Positions 37,789-46,919 of a stretch of DNA of 64,000 bases are shown one piece after another. The stretch spans positions 1-64,000 of IMG/VR virus record IMGVR_UViG_3300020037_003306; one strand, given 5' to 3'. This DNA is from a virus. Taxonomy: Duplodnaviria; Caudoviricetes. Made by a program: the position numbers and the translations under genes. A model generated the notes under the pieces. The model saw nothing but the letters and a program-made list of their open reading frames with translations, had not been told where the DNA came from and ran no database searches. Numbering within the stretch: position 1 is the stretch's first letter; every line of letters starts with the position of its first letter.

Positions 37789-37929
37789 GGTATAGCGTGG
37801 CGGAATTGCCTACCCAGTTAAACGCTATCACATTCAAATCATTCAAACAACCAAACATACGCTAAACGCTACGATACAGCCAATGCCCATTTAAACAACA
37901 CATTTAAACCTTAATAGTAAACTTAATCC

Positions 37930-38057
37930 TAACTTTGAGTATAAAGTATAGAAACCAACAAATAAGACTTATTTAAAGAAAATTACAAGCCAATGAAACT
38001 ATTTTATAAAATAAACACTTATAAATTTGTAAGTGTAGTTAAGATGTTATATACTTG
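37930..38057 (+). promoter_or_regulatory. Candidate host-type promoters for the rightward block
   Basis: TAACTTTG (37930-37937) and TAAATTTG (38022-38029) match TAnnTTTG; TTG-N20-TATACTTG ends at 38057. Confidence 0.45.
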
Positions 38058-38091
38058 TATAGTAATTGAACAACAACTAAAACAATTCAAA

Positions 38092-38508
38092 ATGACTATT
38101 GAAGACAAAGCTGCTCTTGAAGTTGAACTTCTTAAAGCTACACTTAGTAATACAATTATATCTTGGAATGAGAAATGCGCTAAGTTATCTTATGTTGCTA
38201 GATTTGGATATGCTATTGATTTTGAAGATAGTGCTTCTCGTAAATCAGATGATGCTCCTGGAATTATCACTGGTATAATTGATGTTACTTCTTTCGTACA
38301 AACTGCGGTACTAACTATATTTAGTCAAGGCGTTGGTTCTCAAAAACAAAAAGTTCTATTTAGTTATCGTCATAGTTTTAGTCCTTCTGATGTTATGGAA
38401 GGTTTTACAGATTACGATTTCAATAAAGCTATACTTCTTCTTTTGAAAGAAGTTTTCATTGAAGCATTTGGAACATTTCTTATCACGATTGATAAACTTG
38501 TTAAATAG
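38092..38508 (+). CDS. Hypothetical protein (probable start MTIEDK at 38092)
   Basis: A-rich leader CAACTAAAACAATTCAAA before this ATG. Confidence 0.75.
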   Translation: MTIEDKAALEVELLKATLSNTIISWNEKCAKLSYVARFGYAIDFEDSASRKSDDAPGIITGIIDVTSFVQTAVLTIFSQGVGSQKQKVLFSYRHSFSPSDVMEGFTDYDFNKAILLLLKEVFIEAFGTFLITIDKLVK

Positions 38509-38730
38509 ATGCTTATAGATAATACAATTAAAACGGTTCTTGAAAAGATTCAATCTCAAGTTAAGAAAGAATTTGATGTTGACCTTACACAAGAAGAATT
38601 ACTTGAAATAGTGGATAGCCAATTTAAAGTTATCCCTGATGCAATTGAAAATAAAGATACAGTTAAACTTGATAAACTTGGTAAGTTCCTCATTAAAGAA
38701 ATGAGAACTAAAGTTTTAAAAGATAAATAA
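38509..38730 (+). CDS. HU/IHF-like DNA-binding protein
   Basis: IVDSQFKVIPDAIENKDTVKLDKLGKFLIK fits the HU/IHF helix-strand pattern, which is common in crAss-like phages. Confidence 0.7.
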   Translation: MLIDNTIKTVLEKIQSQVKKEFDVDLTQEELLEIVDSQFKVIPDAIENKDTVKLDKLGKFLIKEMRTKVLKDK

Positions 38731-39003
38731 GGTAGTGTTCCTTAATTAAGAACGGCAAGTATTACACATCTAGTTAATAACGGGGATTGTGTTTAATATC
38801 TTAACCGAACAAAAATATAACTTAATGGGGATTGTGTTAATCAATTTATTCACCACACAAAACATTCTAATGATGTTTATAAAACCTTTAAGCTTTATGA
38901 TGGCGATTGTGGTAAACAACAATCCTTCATTAATTAAGATAACGCCTAGTTGCTTGCTTGCCTAGTTGTTGCCCGTCATGAATAGGTTCGTGGCGGGCTT
39001 TTT
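38731..39003 (+). ncRNA. Candidate small RNA with a triple repeat, ending in a terminator
   Basis: About 270 nt without a convincing ORF; three copies of GG(G/C)GATTGTG(T/G)T; strong terminator at the end. Confidence 0.3.
38971..39003 (+). terminator. Intrinsic terminator
   Basis: GCCCGUCAUGAA-UAGG-UUCGUGGCGGGC (two G.U pairs) followed by UUUUU. Confidence 0.8.
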
Positions 39004-39018
39004 AATTCTCATACTATT

Positions 39019-39342
39019 ATGGCTACTAAAAAAGGAAGAACTCTAAAGATTATCTTTAAAACTTTCGACCGTGAAGGTATTACTGAAAAACATAACGGTT
39101 TACTTAAACTTAAAATTAAAGCTGTTTATATTTACAATAATATTGCAAAGACTAAAGGTGCTGTTAAATTAACTGCTCCTGAAATCGCTAGTATCATTTA
39201 TAATATACTAGGTGTTAATTGTAATCTTGAATTAATTTCAATTAGACGTATGAGAATATGTGGAGGTGGAGAAGAAGGAGAGCTTAGAGAACTCTCTCAA
39301 TATTTAACTGAGAAAGAAAAAACTATCATTCGCCTGTACTAA
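39019..39342 (+). CDS. Hypothetical protein (107 aa)
   Basis: ORF track. Confidence 0.7.
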   Translation: MATKKGRTLKIIFKTFDREGITEKHNGLLKLKIKAVYIYNNIAKTKGAVKLTAPEIASIIYNILGVNCNLELISIRRMRICGGGEEGELRELSQYLTEKEKTIIRLY

Positions 39343-39348
39343 ATTGCT

Positions 39349-40050
39349 ATGGAACAACAAACCACTAATGAATATTCTGAGATTTTAAAAGTTATTAACA
39401 TTGTTAATGGGCTTGCTCAATTCGATAGAAAAGAACTTGAAGCTTATCCAGAGTTCAATAAAATACTTTCTCGTGTACATCCTTCTAAAGGAGATGCTGA
39501 TGGTAGAAAGAAATACCTAAATAATAAAGAACTTCTTTATATTAAATTCATGTCTAATTTTGCTGGACAACATCGTGGATTTCACGGTGATGCAAAACAT
39601 GAGAAAGCTAAAATGGATGCACAGCTTCCTGATGAATGGAAACCTGATGACCATGTTCAAGCTGCAATTGCCAAGGCGATTGAAATACAAATCTATTATA
39701 CTCCTACCGTCCGTCTTCTTAATGCAATTGAAAAAGGTATGATGCTTTCTGCGGAAGCTGCCGAGAGTCAACTTGACCAAGTATATACTGCAATTAAAAC
39801 AGGTAAGCGATTAACTGATGAATTGAAAGATACTAAAGATTTAAGTGAAGCTCAAAAAACTATTGATGCCATGTTGAACGTAAGCGATTTGTTACAGGCG
39901 AGGGTTAATGGTTTCATGAAGAGTGCTGGTGAAGTTCCTAAAGTTCTTAAACAATTGAAAGAACTTCAAAGTCAAGTTATTCAAGAACAAAATGGCGAAC
40001 GTTCTTTACGTGGTGGTCATAAAAAAGGTAATCGTGAAGACCCAAGATAA
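39349..40050 (+). CDS. Conserved crAss-like late protein (possible terminase small subunit)
   Basis: KELLYIKFM..KHEKAKMDAQLPDEWKPD..LRGG pattern, helical, upstream of the packaging genes. The TerS role is inference. Confidence 0.55.
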   Translation: MEQQTTNEYSEILKVINIVNGLAQFDRKELEAYPEFNKILSRVHPSKGDADGRKKYLNNKELLYIKFMSNFAGQHRGFHGDAKHEKAKMDAQLPDEWKPDDHVQAAIAKAIEIQIYYTPTVRLLNAIEKGMMLSAEAAESQLDQVYTAIKTGKRLTDELKDTKDLSEAQKTIDAMLNVSDLLQARVNGFMKSAGEVPKVLKQLKELQSQVIQEQNGERSLRGGHKKGNREDPR

Positions 40051-40051
40051 T

Positions 40052-40222
40052 ATGAAAAAGAAAATTAAAGTTAAAATTGATACTACTATTGCAATTAAAG
40101 ATGCTACACGTTGTTTTAGTTTAGTATGGAATCCTGATGTTGAGGTTAAAATTAAACCTACTACTAAAGGTGGAATAGTAGAACAAGATGAACCTAATTT
40201 ATATGACCATTTAATTGAATAG
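40052..40222 (+). CDS. Hypothetical protein (start 40052)
   Basis: ATG 1 nt after the previous stop. Confidence 0.65.
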   Translation: MKKKIKVKIDTTIAIKDATRCFSLVWNPDVEVKIKPTTKGGIVEQDEPNLYDHLIE

Positions 40223-40225
40223 AAT

Positions 40226-40414
40226 ATGCCTATTGGAAATACAAATAAAGTTGATAAAGAATCTTGGTATTCTGTTAATGCTACTGCTGTTGGAGAAGCT
40301 CTGCATTTACAAATGCAAAACGCTGTTATGAACGGCAGTCCTTTAACTAATGATAAAATAAATGCTAGTGGTATATACGATTGTATAATTATTAATGTAA
40401 AAGAACTTGATTAA
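40226..40414 (+). CDS. Hypothetical protein (62 aa)
   Basis: 3-nt spacing on both sides. Confidence 0.7.
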   Translation: MPIGNTNKVDKESWYSVNATAVGEALHLQMQNAVMNGSPLTNDKINASGIYDCIIINVKELD

Positions 40415-40417
40415 ATT

Positions 40418-40972
40418 ATGGAAAATTATTATGTTTCTGGTCTTCTTAAAGACCCTAAAGCTAGAAAATACATTGATGCTATTCCTAAATATTATATTCC
40501 ATCTATTGAGGAGTTTCATGTTGGATTTGAATGTGAAGAAATGGGATTTGGTACTATTTATGCAAATAAAATTATTAATGAGAATGATAACTTGCAAACT
40601 CTCCGTGCTTTAGGTTCTCGTATTAGAGTAAAACATCTTGACCGTAAAGATATTGAATCTTTTGGATTTATTTGGGATAATGATGCTTATGAAGCAGAAG
40701 ATATTCATTATAGTAATTTTGATATTGAAGATGAGCAACACGTTATAATTCGTGATTTTTATAGATTTCCTTTTAAAAAGAAAGATAGAACTAGGGAGAA
40801 TGTAAAAACTAAATGTTATGGTCTTGAGCATCATTATAAAACTAATACTTATACGTTAATTAGTATTGAAAATTATTCTGATACAAAAATAGTTTTTAAA
40901 AACTTTACAATTAAAAATAAATCTGAATTTAAAAGACTGCTTATACAAGGTGGTTTTTATCAAACTAAATAA
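40418..40972 (+). CDS. Hypothetical phage protein (184 aa)
   Basis: KYYIPSIEEFHVGFE..IRVKHLDRKDIESFGF pattern resembles Bacteroidota phage hypotheticals. Confidence 0.8.
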   Translation: MENYYVSGLLKDPKARKYIDAIPKYYIPSIEEFHVGFECEEMGFGTIYANKIINENDNLQTLRALGSRIRVKHLDRKDIESFGFIWDNDAYEAEDIHYSNFDIEDEQHVIIRDFYRFPFKKKDRTRENVKTKCYGLEHHYKTNTYTLISIENYSDTKIVFKNFTIKNKSEFKRLLIQGGFYQTK

Positions 40973-40981
40973 ATTGAAACT

Positions 40982-41206
40982 ATGCAAGCTAAAATGGAAC
41001 AATGGGAAGTAGATTTACGTGCTAAACTTCAAGCTGAATTGCCTGACGGTGCTTACGAGTTTGGAGGCGGAGGAGTTAAAGGTTTCACCGGAAAAGGTGG
41101 ATATATTGAATTTGAAGTTGCTATGCGAAAAGAAGTTAGGGGGTTTACACGTCCTAATCTTGAGGATAATATTGTTAATAAATTACTCAAACTTAAAACT
41201 AAATAA
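40982..41206 (+). CDS. Hypothetical protein (74 aa)
   Basis: ORF track. Confidence 0.7.
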   Translation: MQAKMEQWEVDLRAKLQAELPDGAYEFGGGGVKGFTGKGGYIEFEVAMRKEVRGFTRPNLEDNIVNKLLKLKTK

Positions 41207-41467
41207 ATGAGATTCCTTATTCATATTCTTATTATTAATCCTATATTTTGGATTCTTAGTATCTTTACTATGGGAATGATTTATACTCCTACTGATTATA
41301 GATGGTATAGAAAATGGCATGGCGGTAAGTGGTATAATTATTCTCCCCGTATGTATCCTTATATGAGTTTTTGGACGCAAGATAAAGATAGTCTTGCTGA
41401 GCATGAGATTCTATGTGAAGAAGAAGAATACCCTAATCCTTTTCGTGAGGATATATTAGATAACTAA
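41207..41467 (+). CDS. Small membrane protein
   Basis: N-terminal hydrophobic helix followed by the basic/aromatic segment YRWYRKWHGGKWY. Confidence 0.7.
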   Translation: MRFLIHILIINPIFWILSIFTMGMIYTPTDYRWYRKWHGGKWYNYSPRMYPYMSFWTQDKDSLAEHEILCEEEEYPNPFREDILDN

Positions 41468-41482
41468 TTAAATGCTATTTGT

Positions 41483-41863
41483 ATGACTTTAGAACTTGCC
41501 TTGTATATAGGATTACTATTACATATTCTTGGTGATTATATTACACAAAATAATTGGATGGCGCAAAATAAAACTAAAAATAACTTTGTTGCTATGCTTC
41601 ATGCTATGATATATAGTATTCCTTTTTATTTCCTTTTAGGTGTAACTCCTGTTTCTTCTATGATATTTCATACTCATGCTATTATTGATAGGTTTGATTT
41701 AGCTCAATACTGGATTAAATTAGTTAATAATGGTTGGGGAGAATCTAATTACGGTTATGGAGATAATATGCCTCCTGTTTTAGCTATTACTTTGAAAATA
41801 ATTATTGATAACTTTTTCCATGTTGCAATTAATAGCGTTGTGATTTGGTATCACTTTAGTTAA
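41483..41863 (+). CDS. DUF3307-like multi-pass membrane protein
   Basis: LLHILGDYITQ..WMA..K, LH..IY, H.IID and IDNFFH motifs. Confidence 0.7.
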   Translation: MTLELALYIGLLLHILGDYITQNNWMAQNKTKNNFVAMLHAMIYSIPFYFLLGVTPVSSMIFHTHAIIDRFDLAQYWIKLVNNGWGESNYGYGDNMPPVLAITLKIIIDNFFHVAINSVVIWYHFS

Positions 41864-41876
41864 ACTATTAAATATA

Positions 41877-42512
41877 ATGCCAAAAGTAATTTTCTTAGAT
41901 GCTGGTCATGGAGGTATTAATCCTGCTATTGGTATGTACACTACTGCTCCTAGTAAATTGTTTGACCATGAGAAAGGTAACTTTCATAATGGTAGTACTT
42001 TTTATGAAGGTGTCAAAAACCGTAAAATTTGTAAAATGCTTCAGCGTAAATTGGTTGAAGCTGGAGTAACTGTTATTCCTGTTTACCATGATTATCTTGA
42101 TACATCTTTGCAAGCTAGAGTTGATATTGCTAATGCTTATCATAAGAATATCCAAGAGGGTATTTACATTAGCGAGCATTCAAATGCTACTCCTGAACAT
42201 AAAGCTCGTGGGTTTCAAGTTTGGACCTCGCCTGGTCAGAATAGTGCTGACGGTTATGCGGATACTCTTATTGAAATTCTTACTCGGTCTGAAGTTCGTC
42301 CTGAAGCTAAGATAAAGATTCTTACTGATAAGACTGATGGAGATGGAGATTATGAAGCTCGTTTCTTTGTTCTTATGCAAACTGCTATGCCTGCTGTATT
42401 ACTTGAAAATTTATTCTTTGATAATTACAGTGATGCTACGCTTCTTATGATGGATACGTATATTGAAACTTATACGGATTTACTGGTGATGTGGATTAAA
42501 ATGATTATCTAA
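41877..42512 (+). CDS. N-acetylmuramoyl-L-alanine amidase (Amidase_3), putative endolysin
   Basis: LDAGHGG, YEG..N, SL.AR..IAN, ISEHSNA, FFVL..TAMPAVLLENLFFDN. Confidence 0.92.
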   Translation: MPKVIFLDAGHGGINPAIGMYTTAPSKLFDHEKGNFHNGSTFYEGVKNRKICKMLQRKLVEAGVTVIPVYHDYLDTSLQARVDIANAYHKNIQEGIYISEHSNATPEHKARGFQVWTSPGQNSADGYADTLIEILTRSEVRPEAKIKILTDKTDGDGDYEARFFVLMQTAMPAVLLENLFFDNYSDATLLMMDTYIETYTDLLVMWIKMII

Positions 42513-42540
42513 TTTTTATAACCTTGTTAAAATTTTTCTT

Positions 42541-43170
42541 ATGAAAAAATTAATTGCACTTACTCTAGCTGTTAGACAGTTGGAAAATAGTATGAATGTT
42601 TGTGTGGCTTTTAAACAACCTTGTGAAGCTGATATTGTAAATGTAGTACCTTTCAAAAGTGCTGTGCTTACTGTTGCTTATAATAAATTGCGTGAGGCTA
42701 GAATGCTATGTGGTGATTTGCTTCGTCTTGTTGGTGTGGAAAATCCCTACAACAATGCTTATACGGGCGAATTGAAAGATGAGAATCCTGCTTATCTTGA
42801 GAATGGCGAATTGAAGAATGTTGATTGGAAAGCTGTTTGTTCTCCTTCTATTACTCCTGATGCTTTTGAGCAAGATGAAGATGGGAAATTTAACGGTTCT
42901 TCTGCTATGAAAAAAGAATTTTCAGAAGAAAGTATTTGTATTGGCTATTTGAAAACTCAACTTGGTAGTATTGATAAAGGTCTTTTTTATGAACTTGCAA
43001 GTATGAAAGAAGAAATTTATAATGCTATTGTAGCTAAGTATTCTTCTGAAAATAAACTTATGCCAACTTCAATTGATGTTGAAATGAGTGTTTACTTTCT
43101 TGGTGCTGCTACTGCTCTTAAACTTGCAAATTGCAATTTAGGTTTGCGGTTTGGGGAACTTGTGAAGTAA
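42541..43170 (+). CDS. Hypothetical alpha-helical protein (209 aa) with an internally repeated helical hairpin
   Basis: VAYNKLREARMLCGDLL and AATALKLANCNLGLRFGEL segments. Confidence 0.75.
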   Translation: MKKLIALTLAVRQLENSMNVCVAFKQPCEADIVNVVPFKSAVLTVAYNKLREARMLCGDLLRLVGVENPYNNAYTGELKDENPAYLENGELKNVDWKAVCSPSITPDAFEQDEDGKFNGSSAMKKEFSEESICIGYLKTQLGSIDKGLFYELASMKEEIYNAIVAKYSSENKLMPTSIDVEMSVYFLGAATALKLANCNLGLRFGELVK

Positions 43171-43199
43171 TAAAGAAATTTTACCGTATAACATCAAAT

Positions 43200-43230
43200 A
43201 GGCGTTAATTATCTTGCATAATTAACGCCT
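43200..43230 (+). terminator. Terminator-like hairpin
   Basis: AGGCGTTAATTAT-CTTGC-ATAATTAACGCCT, a perfect 13-bp stem followed by TATTT. Confidence 0.7.
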
Positions 43231-43264
43231 TATTTATATCTTGGCACTATAATACTATATTGAC

Positions 43265-44239
43265 ATGAAACAGGTAAAAATAACGTTTAACGAGGAATTG
43301 CATAAATATACTGATGAGGAAGGTAGTGTGTACACTAGTGTTACCCAACTTATAGGTAAAGTAACTCCTGAATATCCAGCTAAGTTTTGGGCTATGTATA
43401 GAGCTTTAGACCAAACTGGTTATAAGCTTGTTCCTGATATTCCGAATGATACTATTATAGTAGCTGGTGTAAGATATTCAATTACTGAATTGTATGCAGG
43501 GATTGTAAAAACTCTTAAAACTCCTGCGGAAATTAAGGCAGATTGGAAAGCTATAACTGACCGTTCATTAGCTAGAGGTAATAAAACTCATAATTATCTT
43601 GAAGATTGTGTTAATGCCTTTTATAAGAAAGGTAATAATGATTTTCAATTGAGTGATATTAATGAAACAAGTTTTAGGTTTAAAATTGTTAGTGAGGAAC
43701 AACTTCATAATTCTCCTTTGCAATACAGTCATAAGCTTGTTTACGATACCTTAGTTAAAATGATTACAAGTGGTTATACTATCTATGCAGAGAAACGTGT
43801 TTATAGTTATGAACATAAAGTGAGTGGAACTATTGATATACTTGCGGTAAGAGGTAGAGAGTTTTGGATTCTTGATTGGAAGACTAATAAAGATGAATTG
43901 AAATTTCTTCCTGGTTACTATAAAAAAGCTTGGAATGGTGATAGAAGTGATAAAGTTAAAACTGATAAATGGGTTGCCACTGATGAGAGATTTGAATATC
44001 CTCTTCACAATCTTCATCTTAGTAAAGGTATGGGTTATGTATTACAACTTTCTTTGTATGCGTATCTGTGCGAAATGTGGGGATTGCAATGTAAAGGTCT
44101 TATACTTTTTCATTTGAGAGAAGATGATGAGAAAGTTTATCCTCCACGTCCTTATACTCTTGAATATAAAAAACATGAAGTTGGGTTGCTGCTTGAGTGG
44201 CAACTTGCTAAACTTCGTATTCGTGAATCTTATAAATAA
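43265..44239 (+). CDS. PD-(D/E)xK (Cas4/RecB-like) nuclease
   Basis: YTSVTQLI, RGNKTH, AEKRVY..VSGTIDIL..ILDWKTN and YVLQLSLY. Confidence 0.85.
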   Translation: MKQVKITFNEELHKYTDEEGSVYTSVTQLIGKVTPEYPAKFWAMYRALDQTGYKLVPDIPNDTIIVAGVRYSITELYAGIVKTLKTPAEIKADWKAITDRSLARGNKTHNYLEDCVNAFYKKGNNDFQLSDINETSFRFKIVSEEQLHNSPLQYSHKLVYDTLVKMITSGYTIYAEKRVYSYEHKVSGTIDILAVRGREFWILDWKTNKDELKFLPGYYKKAWNGDRSDKVKTDKWVATDERFEYPLHNLHLSKGMGYVLQLSLYAYLCEMWGLQCKGLILFHLREDDEKVYPPRPYTLEYKKHEVGLLLEWQLAKLRIRESYK

Positions 44240-44245
44240 AATGTT

Positions 44246-44551
44246 ATGTTACAAAAATTTAATGATGCTGAAAGTGAGCTTGACAATGTACTTGATAAAA
44301 TGCAAAAGAAAGCTAGACAACATTCTTTTGAATCTGGTACTCAAAATCCAATTGATGCAACAGAAGCAGCTCTTGTCGATTTAAAAGAAATCCTTGCGTA
44401 TTTCCGCAAAAACTTTCTTGATAAAGATGGAAAGTTTGTAAAAATCTCTGTTCTTAAATGGGTATTCGTGAAAAAGTATCGAGATAAGATTGGTGCTGCG
44501 ATTAATTTTCTTGTTGAGAAAATCAAAACTATTGCTTCTCGTTTCAAATAA
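44246..44551 (+). CDS. Hypothetical protein (101 aa)
   Basis: ORF track. Confidence 0.7.
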   Translation: MLQKFNDAESELDNVLDKMQKKARQHSFESGTQNPIDATEAALVDLKEILAYFRKNFLDKDGKFVKISVLKWVFVKKYRDKIGAAINFLVEKIKTIASRFK

Positions 44552-44577
44552 GTTTAAGGTTGTAAAATTGTTAATCA

Positions 44578-44610
44578 AAGGTGTAGTTTAAATACTACAC
44601 CTTATTTTTT
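44578..44610 (+). terminator. Terminator or attenuator just upstream of the terminase gene
   Basis: AAGGTGTAGT-TTAAAT-ACTACACCTT followed by ATTTTTTT. Confidence 0.65.
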
Positions 44611-44615
44611 TGTTT

Positions 44616-46916
44616 ATGAAACTATACGGAAAGATTACTAATCCCGATAATGCCGCTTTATTAAATGAAACTTTTGAATACGAAAAGAAATTTAATCAAC
44701 CTCACGTTGCTTTTGAATGGGTAGCTGAAAGATATCGTAAAAATAAAGAGCTTTATGGTAAATATCTTTATGAAGCGGAAACTATTAATTTTATTGATAC
44801 AGATGTGTTTAGACAATCAGCTCTTGCCTATCTTGATACAGGCGAGTATTGTCCTTATGATTCTGAGTATAGTTCTCGTCTTTATAATTTATGGTGGGAT
44901 AGAGAAGAATATCGTTGTAAATATGGTATGACTGCTTATTGTCGTATTGATGCTGATGGTAATTATGGTTTAGTACATTGCCCTGCTAGGCTTTACGGGT
45001 TTATGAATTATGCTATTATGTTTCTTCTGAAAGATGTTGATAAAGATGACCCTGATGGAGATGAAGAAATAGATTATGAATTAGTAGAAACTGTAAGTAA
45101 AGCTAATAGTAAAAAATTGAAAGATATATTACAAGGTCTTTCTACTGTTAGAACAGGAGAAAAAGTAATAGGTCTTCCGAAATTCTTTGATGGACAATAT
45201 CATATAGCGGTTGCTAAAGAATTTGCTCGTTTAATTGGTAAGAATTTTTTTTATGGTAAAGCACGTAGAAAAGGACAAAGTTATTGGAACGCTTGGTGTG
45301 CTTTTCATAATTATAACTTTTATCCTGAAACTAATACTATTCAAGCGGCTTACGATAAAGCCTTTCTTATTAAAGGTAAAGGGTTGTTTAAAATGGTTAA
45401 ACTTTATGCTGACCATATTAATAAATCTACTGATTGGAATAAGTCCCGACTTAAAGATACAGCTGAAGAGATTTATTCAGGTTATGTTCTTGAAGGTTCT
45501 ACAATTCAATATGGATATAAATCTGGAGTTATAGCTGTATCTGCACAGCATAATGAAGATGTTACAATCGGTAAAGATTGTCTTGAAGTACAATATGAGG
45601 AGCTCGGTAAGTTTCAGAATTTTAAAGCATCGTTTGGTGTAACTACATCTACTGCTGAAGCTGGAGATTTTAAAACTGGTCAATTGACAGGTTGGGGTAC
45701 TGCTGGTACTAAGGAAGCGAATTGGGAATCATTTGCTGATGTATGTTATCATCCTGAAAATTATGATTCTTTAGTTTGTAATAATGTTTGGGACGTTGGT
45801 GCAGAAGGTACTGGTTGCTGTTATTTTTATCCTCATGTGCAATCTCTTGAGGGTCATATGGATGAATATGGTAATACAAATTATGATACTGCTTGGGCTG
45901 CGTTTCTTGAAAAGAAAGAAGAAAAACGTAAGACTATAACTGACCAGAAAGAATTTGGTACTTGGTGTGGTCAACGTGCTAATTCTCCTGAAGAAGCATT
46001 TGCTAGAAACTCTGATAACATATTTGATAGTGAAGCAATTCAAGCGCAATTGAATTATATTACTAGAAATCCTAAAGTACATCAAGCTGCACGTTATGGT
46101 ATTTTTGTTAAGACTAAAGATGGAGTTAGACTAAAAACTAATGAGGAACTTATACATGAAAAGAAGAAAGCTCATAGTCCTATATTTGATTTTCCTTTAA
46201 ATGCTGGTACAGACTTTAATGGTTGTTGGGTTGAGTGGATGCCTCCATTTAGAGATACGAATGGTAAAGTGCCTAAGGATTTATACATAGCAGTTCAAGA
46301 CCCTTATGCTACTGATAAAGAAGCAAAAGAGATTACTACTCGACATTCACTTGGAGCTACTTATATTTTTGAACGTACTAATAATATAACTCCATTTGGA
46401 GGTGGGATTCCAGTCGCTGCTTATGTAGGACGTCCTCCTAAACTTGATGATTATAATACTCAAGTTATGTACGGTCTTGAATGTTACAATGCTAAAATGT
46501 TATATGAAAATAATATAGGCGATACTTTATCTTTTATGAAGAGAATGAATCGTACTCAATATTTATATGAAGAACCTAGTTTGGATTATGACCGTGATAT
46601 AGCAGGAAAAAGTGGTAGAAGTTATGGTATATATCTTAGTGATGATAAGAAAGCGAAAGCTTCTCTATATCTTAGGGACTTTCTAGCCCAACCTATTGGT
46701 AAAAACCAAGAAACTGGAGAGATTAAAACTGTATTAAACTATATATACGACCCTGCACTTCTAAAAGAATTGCTTAAATGGCGTTTAAAGGGCAATTTTG
46801 ATAGGGTAAGTGCTTGGTTTGTGTTAATGTTTATAATAAAGCAGTTGGATTTTGATGAAGTTAAACCTGGTAAAGCTACAAATACTAATTCTTTTTTTAA
46901 TAGAAATTTACATTAA
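44616..46916 (+). CDS. terL: Terminase large subunit
   Basis: KARRKGQS (crAss-type Walker A region), YEELGKF (Walker B-like), WGTAG, AVQDPY (RNase H-like), MLYENN and NFDRVSA; adjacent to the portal gene. Confidence 0.92.
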   Translation: MKLYGKITNPDNAALLNETFEYEKKFNQPHVAFEWVAERYRKNKELYGKYLYEAETINFIDTDVFRQSALAYLDTGEYCPYDSEYSSRLYNLWWDREEYRCKYGMTAYCRIDADGNYGLVHCPARLYGFMNYAIMFLLKDVDKDDPDGDEEIDYELVETVSKANSKKLKDILQGLSTVRTGEKVIGLPKFFDGQYHIAVAKEFARLIGKNFFYGKARRKGQSYWNAWCAFHNYNFYPETNTIQAAYDKAFLIKGKGLFKMVKLYADHINKSTDWNKSRLKDTAEEIYSGYVLEGSTIQYGYKSGVIAVSAQHNEDVTIGKDCLEVQYEELGKFQNFKASFGVTTSTAEAGDFKTGQLTGWGTAGTKEANWESFADVCYHPENYDSLVCNNVWDVGAEGTGCCYFYPHVQSLEGHMDEYGNTNYDTAWAAFLEKKEEKRKTITDQKEFGTWCGQRANSPEEAFARNSDNIFDSEAIQAQLNYITRNPKVHQAARYGIFVKTKDGVRLKTNEELIHEKKKAHSPIFDFPLNAGTDFNGCWVEWMPPFRDTNGKVPKDLYIAVQDPYATDKEAKEITTRHSLGATYIFERTNNITPFGGGIPVAAYVGRPPKLDDYNTQVMYGLECYNAKMLYENNIGDTLSFMKRMNRTQYLYEEPSLDYDRDIAGKSGRSYGIYLSDDKKAKASLYLRDFLAQPIGKNQETGEIKTVLNYIYDPALLKELLKWRLKGNFDRVSAWFVLMFIIKQLDFDEVKPGKATNTNSFFNRNLH

Positions 46917-46919
46917 GAT

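Noticed and set aside
37583-37795. 70-aa ORF (MIVSHPRTHTF...)
   Set aside because: It coincides with the G-less tract, where TAG and TGA cannot occur; the low-complexity T/H/F/I content points to an artefact.
38731-39003. Triple repeat as a mini-CRISPR array
   Set aside because: Repeats are only 12 bp, spacer lengths are unequal (33 and 63 nt), and there are no cas genes or leader.
43265-44239. Cas4-like nuclease as evidence of a CRISPR-Cas system
   Set aside because: Stand-alone PD-(D/E)xK nucleases are routine in crAss-like genomes; no Fe-S cysteine cluster pattern, array or other cas gene is present.
20739-46916. Group I introns or homing endonucleases in polA, the helicases or terL
   Set aside because: These ORFs are uninterrupted, and I recognised no HNH, GIY-YIG or LAGLIDADG motifs.
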